From Hadesarchaea archaeon (GTDB lineage: Archaea > Hadarchaeota > Hadarchaeia > Hadarchaeales > WYZ-LMO6), in NCBI GenBank assembly GCA_029259185.1, contig JAPDJF010000037.1, forward strand, positions 1-51,903: a DNA stretch of 51,903 nt, in the 5' to 3' direction. A model generated the notes under the pieces. It was not told where the DNA came from and ran no database searches. It worked only from the letters and a program-made list of their open reading frames with translations. The stretch's first letter is position 1; every line of letters starts with the position of its first letter. Below are positions 1 to 8,130 of this stretch, one piece after another. Made by a program: the position numbers and the translations under genes.

Positions 1-572
1 ACTCCCTCTCCCTTGAAAGCTGTTCCATCGGAATCCACGGCGAGGTTGACTATGCCCAAGTCGACACCGAGAACGCCAACTGGGTCGTATGGCGATGGCT
101 CGGGAGCATCTACGACAACGGCGAGGTAGAACACGCCGTTTCTGAGGATGAGGTCCGCCTGACCGCGAATTCTGTCCATCCGTGCCTTCTGGTATTCTCC
201 GATTCGGATCGGAACTTTTATCCTTCCCTTGAGGGTCAGGATGGATGCCTGCTCAAGTCCTTTCCAAGAGAGAATACGCTGGTCGTAAACCATCGCTCCG
301 TAGGGTTTGAACTTCGGCATCTTGGATTTGTCCCGCTTGTATGCCTCGCAGACCTTGGCGATTGCGCGGATTGCCATCTGGGCGGAGAGGCCGAAGCGCT
401 CCCTGAGCCTCAGGTAGACGAGTTGCTGGAGCCTCATCTTGTTCGCCGTGCGGTGCTTGAAGGCGATGGAGGCGACGAAGTTGCAGGCTTGGTTGAACCG
501 GCGCATGGTTTCCTTGAGCGCATCGAACTGCTCTCTCGTGGGGTTCAGCCTGACCAAGAGCGTCTGCTTCAC
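1..572 (-). CDS. tnpB: RNA-guided endonuclease TnpB (IS200/IS605 family), 5' part; runs off the window start
   Basis: Manual translation from GTG at 572: MKQTLLVRLNPTREQFDALKETMRRFNQACN...FGLSAQMAIRAIAKV...YLAVVVDAPEP...VLGVDLGIVNLAVDSDG. This is a typical TnpB N-terminus with the RuvC-I GVDLG motif. Absent from the ORF track because it has no stop in the window. Confidence 0.9.
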   Translation of the reverse strand, partial: MKQTLLVRLNPTREQFDALKETMRRFNQACNFVASIAFKHRTANKMRLQQLVYLRLRERFGLSAQMAIRAIAKVCEAYKRDKSKMPKFKPYGAMVYDQRILSWKGLEQASILTLKGRIKVPIRIGEYQKARMDRIRGQADLILRNGVFYLAVVVDAPEPSPYDPVGVLGVDLGIVNLAVDSDGTAFKGEG

Positions 573-611
573 GGTAGGGATTATTTCCTTCAATACATAA
601 AAAGTTTTCAC

Positions 612-647
612 CAATTCCTCCCCGCCCTCTCGGACGGGGCCTCCTTG
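612..647 (-). mobile_element. IS200/IS605-type left-end subterminal hairpin of the tnpB element
   Basis: caattcctCCCCGCCCtctcGGACGGGGcctccttgg: imperfect GC hairpin ~45 nt upstream of tnpB, resembling archaeal IS605/IS1341 ends. No tnpA lies between it and tnpB. Confidence 0.65.
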
Positions 648-658
648 GTGGTGGTAAG

Positions 659-1036
659 GTGAAACGAGTTCTGGTGTGGTTCCTCCCTGTGGTGGATGTC
701 TTAGCCCTTCCGAGGGTCGTGAGGTACTACAGCTCCCTAGGAGTAAAGGTTCCGCGTGCCCACGTGAGGCTCGCGATGCTTGAGAGATGGGCGGGATACA
801 TCCCAGTGGGTTTCTTCGCTTGCAGGGTACTTGGTTTTTCCATTTCCCTTCTGATCTTCTTCGGGGTTCTCTCGATCTTCGGTCCCATCGAACTCTTTGT
901 CATGATGAAGGGATTCGGTCCGTGGCGGTTCATGTCGAAGAAACCACCAAGGACGGTGGTAAAGGTGTTCGCGCTGGAGAGCTACAACACCCTCGGTTAC
1001 TTCCTTCTCGGTTCCACCTTGGCCCTGTTCTGGTAA
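659..1036 (+). CDS. hypothetical membrane protein
   Basis: 125-aa ORF with several hydrophobic segments. Its stop abuts the stop of the convergent gene at 1037. Confidence 0.6.
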   Translation: MKRVLVWFLPVVDVLALPRVVRYYSSLGVKVPRAHVRLAMLERWAGYIPVGFFACRVLGFSISLLIFFGVLSIFGPIELFVMMKGFGPWRFMSKKPPRTVVKVFALESYNTLGYFLLGSTLALFW

Positions 1037-1462
1037 CTAAGCTTCCGTCTCGACATCCTTCAAGCCTATCTCCACTATAGCTCTTCCTTCTCGTGTCTTC
1101 GGAGCCAGGTAATCGATCACCAAGTCCGGGCTCCGGGTTTCTATCGTCACTTTTATAGGCCCCAGGGGTGTTTCCCCCTCCGTAAAGCTAACCTTTCCCA
1201 CGAACGCCACCTGTTTGTTCAGCATGAAGTGGATGGAGTTCTCTCTTTTTCCTTTGAGCATAGCACTCCTTGCAGAATCCCTGATAGCTTGGATGCGGAG
1301 GAGCTGTCGGAGATGCGTTAGAGCCCTCGGCTCCTCAGACTCCCCCACGATCGAGTTTTCTGAGACCTTAAACGTGAGATCAGGAAAGATGTTTTCCACT
1401 GCGGCCTTGACTTTGGAACAGTCCTCACTCGGCTTCACTTCAGCTTCGACCAGCAACCTCAT
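1037..1462 (-). CDS. UPF0201/DUF54-type archaeal RNA-binding protein
   Basis: VEAEVKPSED..KVKAAVENIFP, IRDSAR, LNKQVAFVGKVSF, PLGPIKVTI motifs; usual neighbour of UPF0200. Confidence 0.8.
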   Translation of the reverse strand: MRLLVEAEVKPSEDCSKVKAAVENIFPDLTFKVSENSIVGESEEPRALTHLRQLLRIQAIRDSARSAMLKGKRENSIHFMLNKQVAFVGKVSFTEGETPLGPIKVTIETRSPDLVIDYLAPKTREGRAIVEIGLKDVETEA

Positions 1463-2012
1463 TTCCCGCTATCCTCCTCAGAATTCTCGCGGCTTTCTCC
1501 CTCAGTTCCTCGAGCGTGCCATCGTTTATTATCATGTGATCTGCCAGTGAGAGGGCTTCGCCCGCCCCCCACTTCAGTTCACGCATGTCTTTCTCCCTGA
1601 ACCGTTTGTAGTCCTCAGCGTCATCGACCCTCTTCCTCGACGAGACACGGGAGTATCGCTGGGAGGGATTTGCCCACACACCCACTAGGCAGAAATCCGA
1701 GCCGAACACTTTTTTCAGCTCTTCAACTTCCGCCATTCCCCTTATGCCGTCAACGACAACTATTCCTTTCATCTTCAGCTCGTTTTCGATAATCGGAATA
1801 CAGCGTTTCGCTATCGCTCCTGCTCCTTCTCTCTCCCTCAGCTCGGTAGCTATCCTTCCCACGTTCTGCTCATTGACCTCAAGACCCAAGGCTTTGACCT
1901 CCCCCACAACGATGTCCCCCATCCGCACGCACGGGATACCCAGCGCTGTCGCGACTTTGGCAATCTCGGTTTTTCCCGCACCTTGAAGCCCGGTCAGTCC
2001 TATGATCCTCAA
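1440..2012 (-). CDS. UPF0200 P-loop kinase (dephospho-CoA kinase-like)
   Basis: IIGLTGLQGAGKT Walker A, VVDGIRG, RKRVDD, REL.WG, IINDGTLEEL. Confidence 0.8.
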   Translation of the reverse strand: MRIIGLTGLQGAGKTEIAKVATALGIPCVRMGDIVVGEVKALGLEVNEQNVGRIATELREREGAGAIAKRCIPIIENELKMKGIVVVDGIRGMAEVEELKKVFGSDFCLVGVWANPSQRYSRVSSRKRVDDAEDYKRFREKDMRELKWGAGEALSLADHMIINDGTLEELREKAARILRRIAGNEVAGRS

Positions 2013-2242
2013 ACCTCTATCACTATCAGAGTGGTCGTGCTGGTAACACCTTTGGTAGTCCTGACTTTGCCGAATACTATCTTGCTCAGCTCCTCCAGGG
2101 AATCGACTTCGGCCCTCACCACGAGATCGTAGGGTCCAGCAACAGCTTCAACACTTTTTATACCTGGAGTGGACTTCAGCGTTTTAACCACCTCAGAAGT
2201 CTTTCCAGGCTCGACGAGCACCAAGCAGTACGCTTTTATCAT
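2009..2242 (-). CDS. stand-alone Lrp/AsnC ligand-binding (RAM) domain protein
   Basis: KAYCLVLVEPGK...VAGPYDLVV...VRTTKGVTSTTTLI; probable ATG at 2242. Confidence 0.8.
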   Translation of the reverse strand: MIKAYCLVLVEPGKTSEVVKTLKSTPGIKSVEAVAGPYDLVVRAEVDSLEELSKIVFGKVRTTKGVTSTTTLIVIEV

Positions 2243-2310
2243 CCAAAACCCTTCCAATCACCCTTATTTAACTCTACCGGCGGTTAGTTCTATCAAGCAG
2301 CTCGGTAATT

Positions 2311-2598
2311 CTATGGTTCATTTCCCACGGGTGGGGCAATGGTTATTTCGTCCTTATGTTTCAGCTTTGTGTGGATCCCCTGCAGGCGTCGGATGGGCCT
2401 ACTGTTCAGGAGTATCTGGTACCTCTCGCTTAGTTCTCCCGTGGTGGGGTCGAGGACACGTTCAACGACGTTTGGATGGCGTCTTCCAAGTTTCATCAGG
2501 AGCGAGTCCAGCGTTTCGTCTTTGTCTATAGGCATCCTTACGGTCTCCGTTCCAGCTTTTCTGCTCAACTCTCCCTCAAGCATCACCACTACGTACAT
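2311..2598 (-). CDS. MoaD/ThiS/SAMP-like ubiquitin-fold protein lacking C-terminal GG
   Basis: TLDSLL..L...HP, ILLNSR.I..LQGI.TKL...DEITIAPPV; ends PPVGNEP*. Confidence 0.7.
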   Translation of the reverse strand: MYVVVMLEGELSRKAGTETVRMPIDKDETLDSLLMKLGRRHPNVVERVLDPTTGELSERYQILLNSRPIRRLQGIHTKLKHKDEITIAPPVGNEP

Positions 2599-2699
2599 TC
2601 GGTCTCCACTCGGTCTGAAGCGTTTCTTCGTCGAGATTCCCTCTCCCGTTTTTTTAAACCGTTTTTATGGTATTCAGCCCACAATAAAAGCTTTCACCT

Positions 2700-2875
2700 A
2701 GTGTGGTGCACGGAGTTTTCGGCTTTGCACAAAAATTAGCCCCCGAGGCCAATTTCCGTGCTTGGGGGCTCGGGGTCCCCTAAGGGCCGAAAGCCCTACG
2801 GCTTGAACCGGTGAGGCCGTAGAGTTCAGCCCTTATCGTCCTGGAGGCCAACATCGAACGTGGTCTGTCGGAACC
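2700..2875 (+). ncRNA. candidate structured non-coding RNA (multi-hairpin) in divergent intergenic region
   Basis: Four consecutive stems, with G-U pairs favouring the + strand (agcccccgag/cttgggggct; taagggc/gccctta enclosing ctacggc/gccgtag; aggcca/tggtct; gtgca/tgcac). No convincing ORF. Confidence 0.35.
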
Positions 2876-2954
2876 ATTTTAAGTTTTCCAGTATGCAAAG
2901 CGGGAGTTTTCAAAGGATATATTTGGTAAAAGGATTTAGAATGGTTTGTTCGGG

Positions 2955-4133
2955 ATGAGAGTTGTGTTGGGTTTCAGCGGCGGGTTGGACACATGCGTTA
3001 GTCTCAAGCTTCTTCAAGAGAGATACGATGCGGACGTGATCACGGTTACCGTCGATGTGGGACAGAGATCCAAGTTGTTCAAATCGGCCGAGCGGAGGGC
3101 GAGACAGCTCGGTGCAGTGAAACACGTTTATGTCAACGCTAAGCAGGAGTTCGTCCGGGAGTACGTATTCAGGAGCATCAAGGCCAACGGGTGTTACGAA
3201 GGATATCCCCTATCCATAGCTCTTGCGAGATATCCCACCGCTAGCTGGCTCGTGAAGGTGGCCTTGCGAGAGAGAGCGGATGCAATAGCCCACGGGTGCA
3301 CGGGTAAGGGCAACGATCAATTCAGGTTCGACATGACAATTTCCACCCTAGCCCCTCATTTACGTTTGATCGCTCCCGTGAGGGAGTTCGACTTGACGCG
3401 CGAGTGGGAGGTCACCTATGCTAAGAAGTATGGTATTGAAATCGAGAGGAGACCTTACAGCATAGATGAGAATCTGTGGGGAAGATCGATCGAGGGGAGC
3501 GTATTGGAGGACCCATCCAGACCTCCCCCTGAGGATGTCTTTGAGCTGACGCGCGATCCGAGCAAATCTCCTCGAAAGCCCCTCCTCATCTCTCTAAAGT
3601 TTGAGAGGGGGATTCCGGTGGCGTTGGACGGAAAACGGATGGATGGGGTGACGTTGATCGAAAAACTGAATGAGATGGCGGGGAAGTATGGGATCGGGCG
3701 CATAGACATAATAGAGGACAGGATACTCGGTCTCAAAGCGAGGGAAGTCTATGAGGCCCCAGCGGCCACCGTTCTTCTTGAGGCGCACGAAGCGCTCGAG
3801 GCACTGGTCCTCACGAAGGAGGAACTCGGGCTCAAGTCCAGAGTTGACCGGAAATGGTCTGAACTCGTTTACCACGGGCGCTGGTTCGATCCGCTACGGG
3901 ATAATCTGGAAGCGTTTATCGACTCGACCCAAAAAAGGGTTAACGGGGAGGTGGAGATGAGGTTCATCCCGGGCAAGGCTGAGGTGATAGGCAGGAAATC
4001 TCCCAGTTCCCTCTACGATGAAAAAATAGTTTCCTTCCACCGTAAGAGTTTCGATCAGAAGGCAGTGGCCTCGGTGACGAAATTTCATGGGATGAACGGA
4101 AAAATCTTCAGGCTGAGGGGCGATGTAGTTTGA
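2955..4133 (+). CDS. argG: argininosuccinate synthase
   Basis: VLGFSGGLDT PP-loop, HGCTGKGNDQFRF, YSIDENLWGRSIEG, KAREVYEAP; probable ATG at 2955. Confidence 0.95.
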   Translation: MRVVLGFSGGLDTCVSLKLLQERYDADVITVTVDVGQRSKLFKSAERRARQLGAVKHVYVNAKQEFVREYVFRSIKANGCYEGYPLSIALARYPTASWLVKVALRERADAIAHGCTGKGNDQFRFDMTISTLAPHLRLIAPVREFDLTREWEVTYAKKYGIEIERRPYSIDENLWGRSIEGSVLEDPSRPPPEDVFELTRDPSKSPRKPLLISLKFERGIPVALDGKRMDGVTLIEKLNEMAGKYGIGRIDIIEDRILGLKAREVYEAPAATVLLEAHEALEALVLTKEELGLKSRVDRKWSELVYHGRWFDPLRDNLEAFIDSTQKRVNGEVEMRFIPGKAEVIGRKSPSSLYDEKIVSFHRKSFDQKAVASVTKFHGMNGKIFRLRGDVV

Positions 4134-4160
4134 TACCGGATTTTAGGACGGTGGGATGAA

Positions 4161-5186
4161 GTGATAAGCGCATCGGTTGTGGGTGCTGCGGGCTATACGG
4201 GTGGGGAGCTGCTGAGGCTGCTGCTCAGGCATCCGGAGGTGAGGGTGGGGGGAATTTATGGTGCGGAGCACGCTGGGTGGTCTCTCGAGGAGCTCCATCC
4301 CAACCTCAGGGGATCGGGAAACTTCGTGGTAGAGAAACCGGATTACTCGAAGATAGGTAAGGAATCCGATGTGGTGTTCACGGCGACCCCCCACGGGGTG
4401 GCGATGAAGTTCGTTCCCGAGGTGCTGAAGGGGGGGGCCAGAGTGGTGGACTTGAGCGCCGATTACCGTTTCGACGATGTGGGGGTGTACGAGAGGTACT
4501 ATGTCAAGCACGAGAGTCCGGGGTTAAAAGCGGTTTATGGCATGCCCGAACTCTACAGGGAGGAGATCAGGCATGCGAAGCTCGTGGCCAACCCAGGATG
4601 TTACCCCACCGCGGTCATTTTGGCGCTCGCCCCCCTCTTGCGAATGAGGATGATCGATCCCCGGCGAGTAGTGGTGAACGCGATCAGCGGAACATCTGGA
4701 GCTGGCAGGAAGCCGAGTGAAAACCTTCACCATCCCGTTTGCGATTCGAACGTGAGTGCATATTCTGCTACGGATCATCGTCACCTGCCTGAGATAAAGC
4801 AGGAGCTGGACAAACTCGCCGGAGAAGAGGTAAGACTGTGTTTTACCCCCCATCTCGCCCCCTTGGTGAGAGGAATACTGGTCTCCGCCCACGTGTTTTT
4901 GAGGGAGAAGGGGTCGAAAGAAAAGGTGCTGGAGGTGTACAGGGAGTTCTACTCTGGAGAACCGTTTGTGAGAGTGGTCGAGAACTTGCCCCATACCAAT
5001 CACGTGGTGGGATCCAACTGCTGTGACATAGGGGTAGAGGTGCACGCGGGGGGAGAATGGGTCGTGGTGGTTTCGGTGATCGATAACTTGATCAAAGGTG
5101 CATCCGGACAGGCGATCCAAAATATGAACTTGATGTTCGGTATCGAGGAGACGAAAGGGCTTGATGCCTTACCCATGCGTCCGTAA
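4161..5186 (+). CDS. argC: N-acetyl-gamma-glutamyl-phosphate reductase
   Basis: GAAGYTGGELLRLL, DLSADYR, VANPGCYPT, SGTSGAG, DNLIKGASGQAIQNMN. Confidence 0.95.
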   Translation: MISASVVGAAGYTGGELLRLLLRHPEVRVGGIYGAEHAGWSLEELHPNLRGSGNFVVEKPDYSKIGKESDVVFTATPHGVAMKFVPEVLKGGARVVDLSADYRFDDVGVYERYYVKHESPGLKAVYGMPELYREEIRHAKLVANPGCYPTAVILALAPLLRMRMIDPRRVVVNAISGTSGAGRKPSENLHHPVCDSNVSAYSATDHRHLPEIKQELDKLAGEEVRLCFTPHLAPLVRGILVSAHVFLREKGSKEKVLEVYREFYSGEPFVRVVENLPHTNHVVGSNCCDIGVEVHAGGEWVVVVSVIDNLIKGASGQAIQNMNLMFGIEETKGLDALPMRP

Positions 5187-5195
5187 GGTGGGAGC

Positions 5196-6431
5196 ATGAG
5201 GATCGAGAGGCTGGATGGAGGAATAACCTCCGTCCCCGGTTTTCGGGCTTCAGGTGTCAGGAGTGGGGTGAAATCTAGAGGACTCGATCTGGCTTTGATC
5301 GTCAGCGACGTTGGGCCGGTTCCAGCGGCCGGAGCTTTCACGACCAACTCGGTGAGAGCAGCCCCCGTGCAGGTAACGATGAAACACCTGAGACGCGGGA
5401 GGAAGTTCGGAGCGGTGGTGATTAACTCCGGGTGCGCCAATTCCTTCACCGGTGAGAAGGGTCTCAGGGACGCCCGCAGGATGGCCGAGCTGGTGGCACA
5501 GGTGCTGGGACTGAGACCCCACGAGGTTGCGGTGGCGTCGACGGGGATGATCGGTACATATTTGCCGATGACCAAGATCGAGTCTGGGATCAGGAAGGCG
5601 GCGGAGGAGTTATCTCCTTCCCGGGAAGCAGCGGCGAAGGCTTCCAAGGCGATAATGACCACGGATCAAGTTCCGAAGGAGGTCGTGGCGCGCGTGAAGT
5701 GTGGGGATGGCACCTCCATCACCATAGCCGGGATGGCGAAAGGTGCGGGGATGATCCGCCCTAGGCTCAGAGCCGCGACGATGCTGGCCTTCGTAACCAC
5801 CGACGCCAGAGTGGATCCGACCGTGCTTCGCACTTCCCTTCAGTCAGCCGTGGACAAGAGCTTCAACATGATCACGGTAGATAACGAGACGAGCACGAAT
5901 GACACCGTGCTCGTGCTCGCGAATGGGATGGCGAGAAATGAACCGATCACCCACGAGAACCCGGATGTGAACTTTCAGATGGGTTTGGACTTCGTACTCA
6001 CCGAACTGGCGCGGATGATTGTCAAGGATGCAGAGGGGGCGACACGTATGATAGAAGTAAGGGTAACGCGGGCGCGGAAGGGGGATGCGCGGAAGGCAGC
6101 TCTTGCCGTTGCGGGTTCCAATCTCCTCAAAGCGGCAGTGTCGGGAGGAGATCCGAACTGGGGGAGGGTGATCGCTGCGTTGGGATATTCCGGTGCACGC
6201 TTCAATCCCCAAAGGGTGAACCTGAAGCTAGAAAGCGAGAATGGGAGGGTCGAATTGGTTAGGAGGGGAAAGCCCGTGCTTGGTGGGCTCTCCACCGCGG
6301 AGGGAATAATGAGGGCGAGAGAGGTACGTTTTGAGATCGACTTAGCCGCTGGAAGCGATTCTGCAACCGCATGGGGGTGTGACCTAACGTGCGAGTACGT
6401 TAGGTTAAACTCCCGTTACAGGAGTTCCTAG
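5196..6431 (+). CDS. argJ: ornithine acetyltransferase / N-acetylglutamate synthase
   Basis: FTTN.V.AAPV, NSGCAN, STGMIG, AIMTTD, AKGAGMI..ATML, TSTND, DAEGAT, DPNWGR, WGCDLT.EYV..N. Confidence 0.95.
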   Translation: MRIERLDGGITSVPGFRASGVRSGVKSRGLDLALIVSDVGPVPAAGAFTTNSVRAAPVQVTMKHLRRGRKFGAVVINSGCANSFTGEKGLRDARRMAELVAQVLGLRPHEVAVASTGMIGTYLPMTKIESGIRKAAEELSPSREAAAKASKAIMTTDQVPKEVVARVKCGDGTSITIAGMAKGAGMIRPRLRAATMLAFVTTDARVDPTVLRTSLQSAVDKSFNMITVDNETSTNDTVLVLANGMARNEPITHENPDVNFQMGLDFVLTELARMIVKDAEGATRMIEVRVTRARKGDARKAALAVAGSNLLKAAVSGGDPNWGRVIAALGYSGARFNPQRVNLKLESENGRVELVRRGKPVLGGLSTAEGIMRAREVRFEIDLAAGSDSATAWGCDLTCEYVRLNSRYRSS

Positions 6432-6436
6432 AAAAA

Positions 6437-6870
6437 CGTTGACTCTGCTAACATCGCCAACGCTTCCTAGTTTGACCCCTTCGCAAGGGGGAGGGTTAAC
6501 TCCATGCCCTCTAGCTCGCGGCTCATCTCCGCGACATCCACTCCTCGCGCGAGCTATTACATTTGACAACTCCTCGAGCAGCCTGCGGGAGCCGAACACC
6601 GCACGAGGCACGGTTCCTGCGGCGATGTGCTGTTCCACCTCGGCTTTCTTCCGTTCGAGCTCGGCGATGCGCGCCCGATAGCCAGCTTTCTTGAGCGGGT
6701 CTGCGACCGATCCATCTTCCTTTTGACCTCTGCGATCTTTTCATCGTGCACCTCGACGTAGAGTGGTAGGAGTTCGTGCTGCGATTTGACGATTCCGCGA
6801 GCCTGAGCGATCGCCCACTGGCACCATCGCCAGTTCTCGGCACCGTAGCGGGTTTGGAGCTGCCTCACGA
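6437..6870 (-). pseudogene. frameshifted, internally deleted TnpB-related (IS200/IS605 accessory) gene remnant with putative right-end hairpin
   Basis: Joining two frames at a 1-nt frameshift near 6705 gives LQTRYG..WRWCQWAIAQARGIVKSQHELLPLY...MDRVADPLKKAGYRARIAELE..HIAAGTVPRAVFGSRRL, resembling the N-terminus of long TnpB-related proteins. Hairpin cccctt-cgc-aagggg at 6476-6490. Confidence 0.6.
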
Positions 6871-7187
6871 TATTTTACATCGGCTCAAAGTACACCGAAA
6901 CTTTATGGGCGGGGCTGTACCTGAGCAAAAACGGATAAATTTAGCCGGCTTGGGGTTACCGAAGAGCCATGGACAGAGGTCGCCGGTGCCGTGATGAAAG
7001 GTATAATCCTGGGCCTGGTTTGCGGTCCTAGATGAAAAAGCCGATCGCTGTGGGGAAGGAAGAGCTGATGGGCAAAATAGGTTCCGCCGTTACGGAGCTG
7101 GTCCCGGAGGCTCAGAGACGGGCTAGCTCATCGATCTCACTTAACCCTCTTCTCATCATCGCCCACTCGAACCCAACCCACCATCGG

Positions 7188-8066
7188 TTAACTTCCTCTC
7201 TTCATCAGGGCCTCGACCACCACCGGGGCGACCGAAACCGTGCTCCATGGGGTTTCGATTGTATCCGTCCCCACTACCCGCTCCACCCCCACCGAGGCCA
7301 TCCGACCAAACGCGTTTTCCGCGAGTACGGCGTGGGTACACGCGGCGAAGATCCTCCCAACCCCCTTGTTCTTCAATATCTTCGCGGCTTCTACTATCGT
7401 CCCCCCAGTGCTTATTATGTCGTCAATTATTACCACATCCCGTCTCTCGACATCGAGACTCTTCTCGGAGGTAACCACTTGGTTTGGGGTAAGACGCTCC
7501 TTCTTCAGACAATCGAAAGAGGCCTCGAGTTCCTTGGCTGCCGAACTCGCCTGTTTCACCGCTTTTTCGTCGGGGCCCAAAAATAAGGGATTCGTTAGCC
7601 CCAACCCTTTGAAATACCGACCCAACAGAGGGGCGGCTGTGACGTTCCGAACGGGAATCGAGAAGTAAGAAACGGATTCCTCTTCGTGGATATCGACGAC
7701 GACCACATCCTGTGCCCCCGCCTCCTCTATAAACTTCGACACGAGCTTGAGGCTGACGGCTTCTCCCCGCTTGAAGAGCTTGTCCTGCCTCGCGTAGGCC
7801 AAGTAAGGTATCACCGCCGTCAGGTGCTTCACATCTTGTTCCTTGGCAGCCTCGAGCAGGAGAAAGAGTTCCATCAAGCGATCGTTCTGGGGATGGTGGG
7901 TAGACTGAACCACCACCACATCCTCTCCTCTCAGATCCTCTTGAATGCGTATGTAAAGCTCCCCATCGGGAAAGCGCTTTACCTCAGGATGGACGAGTTT
8001 ACATCCCAGCGACTTGGCAACACCCTCTGCGAGCCTTTGGGAAGCTGAACCCCCAACCACGATCAT
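7188..8066 (-). CDS. prs: ribose-phosphate pyrophosphokinase
   Basis: RFPDGELYIRI, PYLAYARQDK.F..GE, VDIH, IIDDIISTGGT, ACTH. Confidence 0.95.
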   Translation of the reverse strand: MIVVGGSASQRLAEGVAKSLGCKLVHPEVKRFPDGELYIRIQEDLRGEDVVVVQSTHHPQNDRLMELFLLLEAAKEQDVKHLTAVIPYLAYARQDKLFKRGEAVSLKLVSKFIEEAGAQDVVVVDIHEEESVSYFSIPVRNVTAAPLLGRYFKGLGLTNPLFLGPDEKAVKQASSAAKELEASFDCLKKERLTPNQVVTSEKSLDVERRDVVIIDDIISTGGTIVEAAKILKNKGVGRIFAACTHAVLAENAFGRMASVGVERVVGTDTIETPWSTVSVAPVVVEALMKRGS

Positions 8067-8130
8067 CCAGACCCTCGATGTTGCTCATCTGCCGATTAAA
8101 ATTTTACCCTCCAAAGAACTGAAGAATAGG

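Noticed and set aside
423-662. 79-aa + strand ORF
   Set aside because: Antisense shadow of tnpB and its left end.
2796-2822. ggttcaagcc on the minus strand as a tRNA T-loop
   Set aside because: No cloverleaf (acceptor, D or anticodon arm) can be built around it.
7032-7586. 184-aa + strand ORF
   Set aside because: Mostly antisense to prs, with no recognisable motif.
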